In this document: one piece after another, positions 11,351 through 25,211 of the stretch
How positions within the stretch are numbered: the stretch's first letter is position 1
Layout of the letters: every line of letters starts with the position of its first letter
DNA from: Macrostomum hystrix
Lineage: Eukaryota; Animalia; Platyhelminthes
DNA length: 64,000 nucleotides
Direction of reading: 5' to 3'
NCBI GenBank assembly: GCA_950097015.1
Contig: CATNEN010000007.1
Coordinates: forward strand, 10,354,001 to 10,418,000
Translations under genes and position numbers: made by a program
Notes under the pieces: model-generated
Databases searched by the model: none
Seen by the model: the letters and a program-made list of their open reading frames with translations, nothing else
What the model was told of the DNA's origin: nothing

Positions 11351-14300
11351 CCCATCTGAGTCAAGAGAGAAGTTGACATTTGCGCAGCCCGCCACCCTGC
11401 AACAAGCAAGACGCATGTTGCGTAGGATCGAAGCCGCATGGCATCTATCCCATAAGAGTGGAGTCAGAATCGTGAAGGTAGAAGAAGGCGAGAGTCAGCA
11501 GGACAAGCTAGAGGAAGTGATCCAGCATCAGAAGCAGCTAATTCAGAATCTTATTGAGGAGAAAAGGAGAGCAGAAAGTCAAAGGCAGTATCAGCCGCCC
11601 CAGTCGCTTATGCAGCAACAACTAACCAACCCTACCAACCAAATCGGTATAGACCACAGGCACCCGATGGTGAGAGGCTTCAGCAGAACTACCAAGGAAG
11701 GGTATTCTTCCACCAGGCCCCAATACGGTCTGAATCGATTCCCACACAAGCTACAGTTCAATCAGCAGGGAAACTGAGATTCGGGGGACGGAAGCAGAGG
11801 CCCCGCCCCTCAAAAAAACCTTGTTCGAACACCAGGCCTGCCTGAATGGACAACACCCAGTTGTCGAAACTCAAGTTTATTATTCCCAATCTAAATGGCG
11901 TAATGCGCGGAACGCTTCAGCACCCTCTCGTTATATACCAGCACCACATGCGTCAGCACCATTCGCATCAGCACCACATGCGTCAGCACCATTCGCATCA
12001 GCACCACATGCGTCAGCACCATTCGCATCAGCACCACATGCGTCAGCATGATTCGCATCAGCACCACATGCGTCAGCACCATTCGCATCAGCACCACACG
12101 CGTCAGCACCATTCGCATCAGCACCACATGCGTCAGCACCATTCGCGTCAGCACCATTCGCATCAGCACCATTCGCATCAGCACCACATGCGTCAGCACC
12201 ATTCGCATCAGCACCACATGCGTCAGCACCATTCGCACCAGCACCACATGCGTCAGCACCATTCGCACCAGCACCACATGCGTCAGCACCATTCGCATCA
12301 GCACCACATGCGTCAGCACCATTCGCGTCAGCACCACATGCGTCAGCACCATTCGCATCAGCACCACATGCGTCAGCACCATTCGCGTCAGCACCACATG
12401 CGTCAGCACCATTCGCATCAGCACCACATGCGTCAGCACCATTCGCGTCAGCACCACATGCGTCAGCACCATTCGCATCAGCACCACATGCGTCAGCACC
12501 ATTCGCGTCAGCACCACATGCGTCAGCACCATTCGCATCAGCACCACATGCGTCAGCACCATTCGCGTCAGCACCACATGCGTCAGCACCATTCGCATCA
12601 GCACCACATGCGTCAGCACCATTCGCATCAGCAACACATGCGTCAGCACCATTCGCATCAGCAACACATGCGTCAGCACCATTCGCATCAGCACCACATG
12701 CGTCAGCACCATTCGCATCAGCACCACATGCGTCAGCACCATTCGCATCAGCACCACATGCGTCAGCATGATTCGCATCAGCACCACATGCGTCAGCACC
12801 ATTCGCATCAGCACCACATGCGTCAGCACCATTCGCGTCAGCACCATTCGCATCAGCACCATTCGCATCAGCACCACATGCGTCAGCACCATTCGCATCA
12901 GCACCACATGCGTCAGCACCATTCGCATCAGCACCACATGCGTCAGCACCATTCGCATCAGCAACACATGCGTCAGCACCATTCGCATCAGCACCACATG
13001 CGTCAGCACCATTCGCATCAGCACCACATGCGTCAGCACCATTCGCATCAGCACCACATGCGTCAGCATGATTCGCATCAGCACCACATGCGTCAGCACC
13101 ATTCGCATCAGCACCACACGCGTCAGCACCATTCGCATCAGCACCACATGCGTCAGCACCATTCGCGTCAGCACCATTCGCATCAGCACCATTCGCATCA
13201 GCACCACATGCGTCAGCACCATTCGCATCAGCACCACATGCGTCAGCACCATTCGCATCAGCACCACATGCGTCAGCACCATTCGCATCAGCACCACATG
13301 CGTCAGCACCATTCGCATCAGCACCACATGCGTCAGCACCATTCGCATCAGCACCACATGTGTCAGCACCATTCGCGTCAGCACCACATGCGTCAGCACC
13401 ATTCGCATCAGCACCACATGCGTCAGCACCATTCGCATCAGCACCACATGCGTCAGCACCATTCGCATCAGCACCACATGCGTCAGCACCATTCGCGTCA
13501 GCACCACATGCGTCAGCACCATTCGCATCAGCACCACATGCGTCAGCACCATTCGCATCAGCACCACATGCGTCAGCACCATTCGCATCAGCACCACATG
13601 CGTCAGCACCATTCGCGTCAGCACCACATGCGTCAGCACTATTCGCATCAGCACCACATGCGTCAGCACCATTCGCATCAGCACCACATGCGTCAGCACC
13701 ATTCGCATCAGCAACACATGCGTCAGCACCATTCGTGTCAGCACCACATGCGTCAGCACCATTCGCATCAGCACCATTCGCATCAGCACCATTCGCATCA
13801 GCACCACATGCGTCAGCACCATTCGCACCAGCACCACATGCGTCAGCACCATTCGCATCAGCACCACATGCGTCAGCACCATTCGCGTCAGCACCACATG
13901 CGTCAGCACCATTCGCATCAGCACCACATGCGTCAGCACCATTCGCATCAGCACCACATGCGTCAGCACCATTCGCATCAGCACCACATGCGTCAGCACC
14001 ATTCGCACCAGCACCACATGCGTCAGCACCACGTGCGACAGCACCATTCGCGTCAGCACCACATGCGTCAGCACCATTCGCATCAGCACCATTCGCATCA
14101 GCACCACATGCGTCAGCACCATTCGCATCAGCACCACATGCGTCAGCACCATTCGCGTCAGCACCACATGCGTCAGCACCATTCGCATCAGCACCATTCG
14201 CATCAGCACCACATGCGTCAGCACCATTCGCGTCAGCACCACATGCGTCAGCACCATTCGCATCAGCAACACATGCGTCAGCACCATTCGCATCAGCAAC

Positions 14301-17300
14301 ACATGCGTCAGCACCATTCGCGTCAGCACCACATGCGTCAGCACCATTCGCATCAGCACCATTCGCGTCAGCACCACATGCGTCAGCACCATTCGCATCA
14401 GCACCACATGCGTCAGCACCATTCGCATCAGCAACACATGCGTCAGCACCATTCGCATCAGCAACACATGCGTCAGCACCATTCGCGTCAGCACCACGTG
14501 CGTCAGCACCATTCGCATCAGCACCATTCGCGTCAGCACCACATGCGTCAGCACCATTCGCATCAGCACCACATGCGTCAGCACCATTCGCATCAGCACC
14601 ATTCGCGTCAGCACCACATGCGTCAGCACCATTCGCATCAGCACCACATGCGTCAGCACCATTCGCGTCAGCACCACATGCGTCAGCACCATTCGCATCA
14701 GCACCATTCGCATCAGCACCATTCGCATCAGCACCACATGCGTCAGCACCATTCGCATCAGCACCACATGCGTCAGCACCATTCGCATCAGCACCATTCG
14801 CATCAGCACCATTCGCATCAGCACCACATGCGTCAGCACCATTCGCATCAGCAACACATGCGTCAGCACCATTCGCGTCAGCATCACATGCGTCAGCACC
14901 ATTCGCATCAGCACCATTCGCGTCAGCACCACATGCGTCAGCACCATTCGCATCAGCACCACATGCGTCAGCACCATTCGCATCAGCACCATTCGCGTCA
15001 GCACCATTCGCATCAGCACCACATGCGTCAGCACCATTCGCATCAGCACCATTCGCATCAGCAACACATGCGTCAGCACCACATGCGTCAGCACCATTCG
15101 CATCAGCACCACATGCGTCAGCACCATTCGCATCAGCACCACATGCGTCAGCATCATTCGCATCAGCACCACATGCGTCAGCACCATTCGCGTCAGCACC
15201 ACATGCGTCAGCACTATTCGCATCAGCACCACATGCGTCAGCACCATTCGCATCAGCACCACATGCGTCAGCACCATTCGCATCAGCAACACATGCGTCA
15301 GCACCATTCGTGTCAGCACCACATGCGTCAGCACCATTCGCATCAGCACCATTCGCATCAGCACCATTCGCATCAGCACCACATGCGTCAGCACCATTCG
15401 CACCAGCACCACATGCGTCAGCACCATTCGCATCAGCACCACATGCGTCAGCACCATTCGCGTCAGCACCACATGCGTCAGCACCATTCGCATCAGCACC
15501 ACATGCGTCAGCACCATTCGCATCAGCACCACATGCGTCAGCACCATTCGCATCAGCACCACATGTGTCAGCACCATTCGCGGCAGCACCACATGCGTCA
15601 GCACCATTCGCGGCAGCACCACATGCGTCAGCACCATTCGCATCAGCACCATTCGCATCAGCACCACATGCGTCAGCACCATTCGCGTCAGCACCACATG
15701 CGTCAGCACCATTCGCATCAGCACCACATGCGTCAGCACCATTCGCGTCAGCACCACATGCGTCAGCACCATTCGCATCAGCACCATTCGCATCAGCACC
15801 ACATGCGTCAGCACCATTCGCATCAGCACCACATGCGTCAGCACCATTCGCATCAGCAACACATGCGTCAGCACCATTCGCATCAGCAACACATGCGTCA
15901 GCACCATTCGCTTCAGCACCACATGCGTCAGCACCATTCGCATCAGCACCATTCGCGTCAGCACCACATGCGTCAGCACTATTCGCATCAGCACCACATG
16001 CGTCAGCACCATTCGCATCAGCAACACATGCGTCAGCACCATTCGCATCAGCAACACATGCGTCAGCACCATTCGCGTCAGCACCACATGCGTCAGCACC
16101 ATTCGCATCAGCACCATTCGCGTCAGCACCACATGCGTCAGCACCATTCGCATCAGCACCACATGCGTCAGCACCATTCGCATCAGCACCATTCGCGTCA
16201 GCACCACATGCGTCAGCACCATTCGCATCAGCACCACATGCGTCAGCACCATTCGCATCAGCACCACATGCGTCAGCACCATTCGCGTCAGCACCACATG
16301 CGTCAGCACCATTCGCATCAGCACCATTCGCATCAGCACCATTCGCATCAGCACCACATGCGTCAGCACCATTCGCATCAGCACCACATGCGTCAGCACC
16401 ATTCGCATCAGCACCATTCGCATCAGCACCATTCGCATCAGCACCACATGCGTCAGCACCATTCGCATCAGCAACACATGCGTCAGCACCATTCGCGTCA
16501 GCATCACATGCGTCAGCACCATTCGCATCAGCACCATTCGCGTCAGCACCACATGCGTCAGCACCATTCGCATCAGCACCACATGCGTCAGCACCATTCG
16601 CATCAGCACCATTCGCGTCAGCACCATTCGCATCAGCACCACATGCGTCAGCACCATTCGCATCAGCACCATTCGCATCAGCAACACATGCGTCAGCACC
16701 ACATGCGTCAGCACCATTCGCATCAGCACCACATGCGTCAGCACCATTCGCATCAGCACCACATGCGTCAGCACCATTCGCATCAGCACCACATGCGTCA
16801 GCACCATTCGCGTCAGCACCACATGCGTCAGCACTATTCGCATCAGCACCACATGCGTCAGCACCATTCGCATCAGCACCACATGCGTCAGCACCATTCG
16901 CATCAGCAACACATGCGTCAGCACCATTCGTGTCAGCACCACATGCGTCAGCACCATTCGCATCAGCACCATTCGCATCAGCACCATTCGCATCAGCACC
17001 ATTCGCATCAGCACCATTCGCATCAGCACCATTCGCATCAGCACCACATGCGTCAGCACCATTCGCACCAGCACCACATGCGTCAGCACCATTCGCATCA
17101 GCACCACATGCGTCAGCACCATTCGCGTCAGCACCACATGCGTCAGCACCATTCGCATCAGCACCACATGCGTCAGCACCATTCGCATCAGCACCACATG
17201 TGTCAGCACCATTCGCATCAGCAACACATGCGTCAGCACCATTCGCGGCAGCACCACATGCGTCAGCACCATTCGCATCAGCACCACATGCGTCAGCACC

Positions 17301-20300
17301 ATTCGCGTCAGCACCACATGCGTCAGCACCATTCGCATCAGCACCATTCGCGTCAGCACCACATGCGTCAGCACCATTCGCATCAGCACCACATGCGTCA
17401 GCACCATTCGCATCAGCACCATTCGCGTCAGCACCACATGCGTCAGCACCATTCGCATCAGCACCACATGCGTCAGCACCATTCGCATCAGCACCATTCG
17501 CGTCAGCACCATTCGCATTAGCACCACATGCGTCAGCACCATTCGCATCAGCTCCACATGCGTCAGCACCATTCGCATCAGCACCATTCGCGTCAGCACC
17601 ATTCGCATCAGCACCACATGCGTCAGCACCATTCGCATCAGCACCATTCGCGTCAGCACCATTCGCGTCAGCACCATTCGCGTCAGCACCACATGCGTCA
17701 GCACCACATGCGTCAGCACCATTCGCGTCAGCACCATTTTGCGTCAGCACCATTCGCGTCAGCACCATTCGCATTAGCACCACATGCGTCAGCACCATTC
17801 GCATCAGCACCACATGCGTCAGCACCATTCGCATCAGCACCACATGTGTCAGCACCATTCGCGGCAGCACCACATGCGTCAGCACCATTCGCGGCAGCAC
17901 CACATGCGTCAGCACCATTCGCATCAGCACCATTCGCATCAGCACCACATGCGTCAGCACCATTCGCATTAGCACCACATGCGTCAGCACCATTCGCATC
18001 AGCACCACATGCGTCAGCACCATTCGCGTCAGCACCACATGCGTCAGCACCATTCGCATCAGCACCATTCGCATCAGCACCACATGCGTCAGCACCATTC
18101 GCATCAGCACCACATGCGTCAGCACCATTCGCATCAGCAACACATGCGTCAGCACCATTCGCATCAGCAACACATGCGTCAGCACCATTCGCGTCAGCAC
18201 CACATGCGTCAGCACCATTCGCATCAGCACCATTCGCGTCAGCACCACATGCGTCAGCACTATTCGCATCAGCACCACATGCGTCAGCACCATTCGCATC
18301 AGCAACACATGCGTCAGCACCATTCGCATCAGCAACACATGCGTCAGCACCATTCGCGTCAGCACCACATGCGTCAGCACCATTCGCATCAGCACCATTC
18401 GCGTCAGCACCACATGCGTCAGCACCATTCGCATCAGCACCACATGCGTCAGCACCATTCGCATCAGCACCATTCGCGTCAGCACCACATGCGTCAGCAC
18501 CATTCGCATCAGCACCACATGCGTCAGCACCATTCGCATCAGCACCACATGCGTCAGCACCATTCGCGTCAGCACCACATGCGTCAGCACCATTCGCATC
18601 AGCACCATTCGCATCAGCACCATTCGCATCAGCACCACATGCGTCAGCACCATTCGCACCAGCACCACATGCGTCAGCACCATTCGCATCAGCACCACAT
18701 GCGTCAGCACCATTCGCGTCAGCACCACATGCGTCAGCACCATTCGCGGCAGCACCACATGCGTCAGCACCATTCGCATCAGCACCATTCGCATCAGCAC
18801 CACATGCGTCAGCACCATTCGCATTAGCACCACATGCGTCAGCACCATTCGCATCACACCACATGCGTCAGCACCATTCGCGTCAGCACCACATGCGTCA
18901 GCACCATTCGCATCAGCACCATTCGCATCAGCACCACATGCGTCAGCACCATTCGCATCAGCACCACATGCGTCAGCACCATTTGCATCAGCAACACATG
19001 CGTCAGCACCATTCGCATCAGCAACACATGCGTCAGCACCATTCGCGTCAGCACCACATGCGTCAGCACCATTCGCATCAGCACCATTCGCATCAGCACC
19101 ATTCGCGTCAGCACCACATGCGTCAGCACTATTCGCATCAGCACCACATGCGTCAGCACCATTCGCATCAGCAACACATGCGTCAGCACCATTCGCATCA
19201 GCAACACATGCGTCAGCACCATTCGCGTCAGCACCACATGCGTCAGCACCATTCGCATCAGCACCATTCGCGTCAGCACCACATGCGTCAGCACCATTCG
19301 CATCAGCACCACATGCGTCAGCACCATTCGCATCAGCACCATTCGCGTCAGCACCACATGCGTCAGCACCATTCGCATCAGCACCACATGCGTCAGCACC
19401 ATTCGCATCAGCACCACATGCGTCAGCACCATTCGCGTCAGCACCACATGCGTCAGCACCATTCGCATCAGCACCATTCGCATCAGCACCATTCGCATCA
19501 GCACCACATGCGTCAGCACCATTCGCATCAGCACCACATGCGTCAGCACCATTCGCATCAGCACCATTCGCATCAGCACCATTCGCATCAGCACCACATG
19601 CGTCAGCACCATTCGCATCAGCAACACATGCGTCAGCACCATTCGCGTCAGCATCACATGCGTCAGCACCATTCGCATCAGCACCATTCGCGTCAGCACC
19701 ACATGCGTCAGCACCATTCGCATCAGCACCACATGCGTCAGCACCATTCGCATCAGCACCATTCGCGTCAGCACCATTCGCATCAGCACCACATGCGTCA
19801 GCACCATTCGCATCAGCACCATTCGCATCAGCAACACATGCGTCAGCACCACATGCGTCAGCACCATTCGCATCAGCACCACATGCGTCAGCACCATTCG
19901 CATCAGCACCACATGCGTCAGCACCATTCGCATCAGCACCACATGCGTCAGCACCACATGCGTCAGCACCATTCGCGTCAGCACCATTCGCGTCAGCACC
20001 ATTCGCGTCAGCAACACATGCGTCAGCACCACATGCGTCAGCACCATTCGCATCAGCAACACATGCGTCAGCACCATTCGCGTCAGCACCACATGCGTCA
20101 GCACCATTCGCGTCAGCACCACATGCGTCAGCACCATTCGCGTCAGCACCACATGCGTCAGCACCACATGCGTCAGCACCATTCGCGTCAGCACCACATG
20201 CGTCAGCACCATTCGCGTCAGCACCATTCGGGTCAGCACCATTCGCGTCAGCACCACATGCGTCAGCACCATTCGCGTCAGCACCATTGGCGTCAGCACC

Positions 20301-21475
20301 ATTCGCGGCAGCACCATTCGCGTCAGCACCATTCGCGTTAGCTCCATTGGCGTCAGCACCATTGGCGTCAGCACCATTCGTGTCAGCACCAGTTGCGTCA
20401 GCACCCCATGTATCAGCAGTTATGTCAGCATCCAGTGTATTAGCATCCACAGTGTCAGCATCCAGCGATGAGACAGACTCAGAGATGTCAGGTTCCTAAG
20501 AATCAGCAGTCGACACGCCAGCGCAGAAGTCAGCCATGAAGAAGTTAATCAAGAATCAAAGGACACGTCAGAGACAATCTAAAATTTTTGCTACCAATGC
20601 TAAAGTAGAGTTAGTAAAGCCAGAAGGTTATGAAGCAGTCTTTGTAGGAACCATTTAGAAGCAAGATGTTAATTTTATCTTGGACACTGGAGCTAGAAAT
20701 AGTTTCCTTAGTAGATCAGTCTGGATCAAATTAGAAAAGTCCGATCAGATTAAAAGTACGAACTTCGAAAGCGAATTTCCACCTTTGACGGAACCCGAGT
20801 TCAGTTAGAAGGGGAAAGTTGTCTCACCGTTAAATTTGGTGACATACAAGCCGAAATCGACTTTTTGCCATGCAGTCACGACAATATCCTTGGCATGAAG
20901 TTTTTCCTCGAGTGCTGTAATAGCATAAGCTTATCCCAGGGAATGCTCATTCTGAAAGAAGGATTGCGAATACCAATGCAATTCACCCATTTGTCAGTGA
21001 AAGTCTGTCGAGTATGCACCAGTGACTTGGCCTATTTTAAACCGGTCAACCAAACAGAACCTGAATCAGCCGGAAAATCAACCAGACCCAAACCGCGGAA
21101 GATGCCTGGATTGAGGAGATCAGAATCGGGTCAGAACTCTCCAGTGAGCAGAAACAGTCGGTTATCGAATTGATTAAAGAGCATCGAAATGCCTTTTCAC
21201 AGAACGATCAGGACATGGAATTGACCCACCTCATTACCCATGAGATATCTTTGAAGGACAAAACACCTGTAAGAATCCCGACCAGACGAATTCCACGTCA
21301 TCTACAAAAGCAAGTTGACACGCAACTAGACGATATGTTAGCTAAGAATCTAATTAGACCATGTTATTCTACTGATAGTACTCCGTTAGAGATTGTTCCA
21401 AAGAAGGATGGTTCCATCAGGATAGCTGGTGATTTCCGAGTAATAAATTCGAAATTCGAAATAAATTATAATTAA
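11351..21475 (+). mobile_element. Decayed, truncated Ty3/Gypsy internal fragment (gag C-terminus, protease, start of RT) containing the giant minisatellite
   Basis: Gag-like PATLQQARRMLRRIEA. Aspartic protease NFILDTGA at ~20671-20695. RT start HEISLKDKTPVRIPTRRIP...PLEIVPKKDGSIRIAGDFRVINSK (21170-21475). Multiple stops and frameshifts; no LTR recognised. Confidence 0.8.
11937..20462. repeat. ~8.5 kb minisatellite of 15-bp monomers (gcaccacatgcgtca / gcaccattcgcatca and variants), ~570 units
   Basis: Read directly. It accounts for all the 1900-2800 aa repetitive ORFs in the track. Confidence 0.99.
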
Positions 21476-21477
21476 AA

Positions 21478-21859
21478 GATTATTTACACCCAATCTTGAT
21501 GGGTCAGATGTACAGCCCACGGCACGTCTGCAGTTACTGTGTGCTGTGTCCAAAGGCTGCGTACAGCTGTTCAGTCCATGGACTGGGAAAGCCGCCACGT
21601 CCACCAAAATTTCTACCCCAACTGAAAGGTGCTAATCGTGAGGCGGTCCTGTCACATTTCACATGGGGTTGGCAAAGACAAAGTCTTATAGTTCGGTGCC
21701 GCCCCCAGGTGGGCAGTTGCTGGCCATTGTCAGGCACGAGCTGATGGTATTCGAGAGCGAGATGGCCAGACGCCTGATGGCCATGCTGAAGGCCAAGGAG
21801 TCTGAGACGCTGGAGATGCGGGTGAAGACCGTCACGAGCAGGTTTGTAGCTGAGCAGTC
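21478..21859 (+). pseudogene. Duplicated TRPM fragment (intron plus an orphan copy of exon 3803-3935 at 21709-21841)
   Basis: Near-identical to ~3573-3954; about 2 substitutions seen in ~380 bp. Confidence 0.92.
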
Positions 21860-22065
21860 AGGGACTCACTGACATATTTCGAGAGTATAATTTAAAGTAC
21901 TTCGTAAGCCTTGAATTCAGAAAGTTAGTCTATGGACAAAAGTGATGACAGCTGAGAAAAAGTATCTAAGCATTTAATGGCATTCATAGAAATTTCTATT
22001 CGATTTACACAGTATTATGCACCAAAATCCTAAATTTATTGTCTAGTTTACTAAGGCAAAATACA

Positions 22066-22842
22066 ATGAACGGCATGTTATTCAAATCACTGCTCATCCT
22101 CATTGTTATGCTTGCGATCCTCGGTGAGTGCTCAACTGCATGAGCAGATTACTTTAATGAGATTGCATAAGAAAGTGTTAATTAACACCCTCAGGTAGAC
22201 AATTCAGGCAGACAAAATTTATTCTTCAAACAGGCCGAGGGGAATTCCTAAAACAGGTAGCAGGGAATTCCTAAAATAGGTAGAAAGGGAATTCCAAAAA
22301 CAGGTAGCAGGGAATTCCTAAAATAGGTAGAAAGGGAATTCCAAAAACACGTAGCAGGGAATTCCAAAAACACGTAGCAGGAAATTCCTAAAACAGGTAG
22401 CAGGGAATTCCTAAAACAGGTAGCAGGAAATTCCTAAAACAGGTAGAAGGGAATTCCTAAAACAGGTAGAAGGGAATTGTTAAAACAGGTAGAAGGGAAT
22501 TCCTAAAACAGGTAGAAGGGAATTGTTAAAACAGGTAGAAGGGAATTTCTAGAACAGGTAGAAGGGAGTTGTTAAACAGGTAGAAGGGAATTTCTAGAAC
22601 AGGTAGAAGGGAATTGTTAAACAGGTAGAAGGGAATTTATTATTAGGTGGAATGAAATTCTTAAACAGGTTAACCATAATTCCCAAGTAGTTGGGAGGGA
22701 GGGAATTTCCAAACTAAAATCGTCCACCCGACTGCTCACAGGTGAGTCGGTCGCGTGCCGGTGCTCCAAGGGAGGCATGGCGTGCACCTATTACAGGGAC
22801 TGCTGCTCCAAGTTCTGCAGCGGCTCAAACAAATGCAAGTAG
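22066..22842 (+). CDS. Secreted knottin/ICK (conotoxin-like) peptide A2, intact, 52 aa
   Basis: Exons 22066-22123 and 22742-22842 (phase 1): MNGMLFKSLLILIVMLAILGESVACRCSKGGMACTYYRDCCSKFCSGSNKCK*. Spacing C-6-C-5-CC-3-C-5-C. Confidence 0.88.
22238..22635. repeat. 22/23-bp minisatellite in the knottin A2 intron
   Basis: Paralog of 9118-9610. Confidence 0.93.
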
Positions 22843-23211
22843 GCCGCAAGCCCGAGAGCCTGAGCCAACTCGAGGCTTGAGCAAAGATTTGCCGACTGTC
22901 GATTTTTCAACGCCTCTTTCCAGTTATCCTCTGTTTATAGCTAATGTTTAAAACAGCTTGCCTGATTTATTGATCGATAGTATTTAGCTCGTTATAGTTT
23001 GCATCTGTAATGTTGTTGAAAGGTAAATCTTGCGAAAATGTACTCTTTAGCTTCCTTTCCGAGTGTTTATTAAAAAAACCATTGTCTATGGCTATTCGCA
23101 GACATCTGGACCACGTACTGCCTGCTGATAAAATAAAAAAATTAATGAGTAAGATTTCAATCGGATGTGGCTCTATGGTTCGGTGAGCGGAATTGCGTAA
23201 CACAGTCCGAC

Positions 23212-24067
23212 ATGAGAACACTGCTCATTCTGCTGGCAGTCCTGTCACTACTAGGTAAGCTCAGCGACTGTACATGCCCCTGCCTAGTTTCTGGTTGTTC
23301 TCGCTACACTTTTGCTATATTTGTCTATGGCCAAACTTAGGCGGAGCTTCCGAGAGAGTCCAGCTTCTAGGCCCTGACTTCGCATAGTTTCCACAAGGAT
23401 AATTTCCACGCTCACTCATCCAGTTTTTAAAGAGTCCGAGATAGTATAAAGAATTTAATTTCTCATTTAGGCTGGCATTAATCATGTAGCGTCTAGGAAG
23501 GTGTAGCCCAGTGGTTAGAGCGATTACAAATGGCCTTAAGGTTGGGGTTCGATTCCCGACTCCACTAGAACAAATTGTGCCCTTAAGGAAGACATTCAAC
23601 TTTGCATTGCTTCAGTTCACCCAGCTGTTTAATGGGTACCAGCATCAGCGGGGGTAATGGAGGGTGGGTGTGGCACCAGTCCATGGACTGAACAGGTGTA
23701 CGCTGCGTTTAAAAGCGCTACTTAACAGCTGCGGCTGTGCCACTGGCTTTACATCTGGCTTAACGAGGCTTAGTGTGATTTTGATCTTCTGTCTATCTAA
23801 TTCGTGAAATTTTATACGCAAAATGCGAAGACAATATTTTACATTCGTGTCTTGCTTAGCATAAAGGATAAGGCCATAGTCAATGCAATGTTGCGTCAGA
23901 ACTGTGAGTATAAGTTATTTGAGAACTGTTCCTCAACTTCCGCAGGCTACTCAGTGGCCTGCCTGGCCAGGAACTGCAAGCAGGAGGGCCTTTTCTGCGA
24001 AAGCGACCACCATTGCTGTTCAAGCGACTGCACGCGCCGCGTGTGCCGCGAAGTCCGGCCGCGGTAA
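23212..24067 (+). CDS. Secreted knottin/ICK peptide D, intact, 54 aa
   Basis: Exons 23212-23254 and 23946-24067 (phase 1): MRTLLILLAVLSLLGYSVACLARNCKQEGLFCESDHHCCSSDCTRRVCREVRPR*. Spacing C-6-C-5-CC-3-C-4-C. Confidence 0.88.
23499..23745 (+). mobile_element. tRNA-derived SINE, family 1 (best-preserved copy), in the knottin D intron
   Basis: Pol III A box TAGCCCAGTGG and B box GGTTCGATTCC, followed by a non-tRNA body (ttcagttcacccagctgtttaatgggtaccagc) that is repeated elsewhere in the window. Confidence 0.8.
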
Positions 24068-24256
24068 CCGTCACAACTGCTCAGTTGGTCTGGCACAGCT
24101 CTCAGCCAATTATTTTTAGTATATGCGTTAAAACAATAACAGCTTTGCCCCTAAATCGTTGATCTGAATTATTTCTCAGGTTACACAATCTTCGTACATC
24201 TAAATACTGAAGTAGATCGATTATTTGTACTTTCTATTTTTTTCTTTTCTGATTTT

Positions 24257-24465
24257 GTCCGTGACACCCAGCTGAAATGCCGGTCATTGGTCCGTGAAAA
24301 CCAGCTGGAAGGGTTTGGGGAGGCTGGTCATTGGTCCGTGACATACAGCTGGAATGCCAATCATTGGTCCGTGACCCCAGCTGGAAGGGTTTGGGGAGGC
24401 CAATCATTGGTCCGTGACCCCAGCTGGAAGGGTTTGGGGAGGCCAATCATTGGTCCAGTGACAAA
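24257..24465. repeat. 44-bp minisatellite, degenerate paralog
   Basis: Same unit as 10057-10420. Confidence 0.9.
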
Positions 24466-24654
24466 ACCTCATCCATTGCAGTCAAGGTTTCTAATGCTAA
24501 CTTAAATGACTTCAGTAATGAAAATTTGTAAGATTATTCGCCTGCAGTGATAATTCACTGCACAATGCAATCAATGCAAAAAACACATAACTTTAGTTTC
24601 TATTAAATTATTTATCACTAATTTATCACTAGCCAAAAGCTTCAAACAAGTGAG

Positions 24655-25180
24655 TCAGCGCGTATTCAGTGTTGGTCAATTTCAAACAATCAAATTCGCA
24701 GTATTGGCAACACGTATTCAGTGTATTTCGATTTCAACCAATCAAATTCGCAGTAGTGGCAACGCGTATTCAGTGTATTTCGATTTCAACCAATCAAATT
24801 CGCAGTAGTGGCAACGCGTATTCAGTGTATTTCGATTTCAACCAATCAACTTCGCAGTAGTGGCAACGCGTATTCAGTGTAGTTCGATTTCAAGTAATCA
24901 AATTCGCAGTAGTGGCAACGCGTATTCAGTGTATTTCGATTTCAACCAATCAAATTCGCAGTAGTGGCAACGCGTATTCAGTGTATTTCGATTTCAACCA
25001 ATCAACTTCGCAGTAGTGGCAACGCGTATTCAGTGTAGTTCGATTTCAAGTAATCAAATTCGCAGTAGTGGCAACGCGTATTCAGTGTAGTTCGATTTCA
25101 AGTAATCAAATTCGCAGTAGTGGCAACGCGTATTCTGTGTAGTTTGATTTCAACCAATCAAATTCGCAGTAGTGGCGTCT
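24655..25180. repeat. 52-bp minisatellite, paralog
   Basis: Same unit as 10660-11125. Confidence 0.93.
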
Positions 25181-25211
25181 ATACCAGTCTGAATTATTAT
25201 AATTCAGATAA

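Noticed and set aside
11846-20499. Giant 1900-2800 aa His/Gln-rich, STIRI, GADAN and VLMRM ORFs
   Set aside because: They are by-products of a stop-poor 15-bp repeat that is open in five of six frames. There is no signal peptide or unique domain, and the flanks are a decayed retroelement.
21709-21841. Orphan TRPM exon as a functional third alternative exon
   Set aside because: It lies 15 kb past the TRPM stop codon with no downstream TRPM exons, and is better explained as duplication debris.
23499-23575. Possible tRNA gene (A and B boxes)
   Set aside because: No clean cloverleaf, and it continues into a body repeated at four or more other places, so it is a SINE head.
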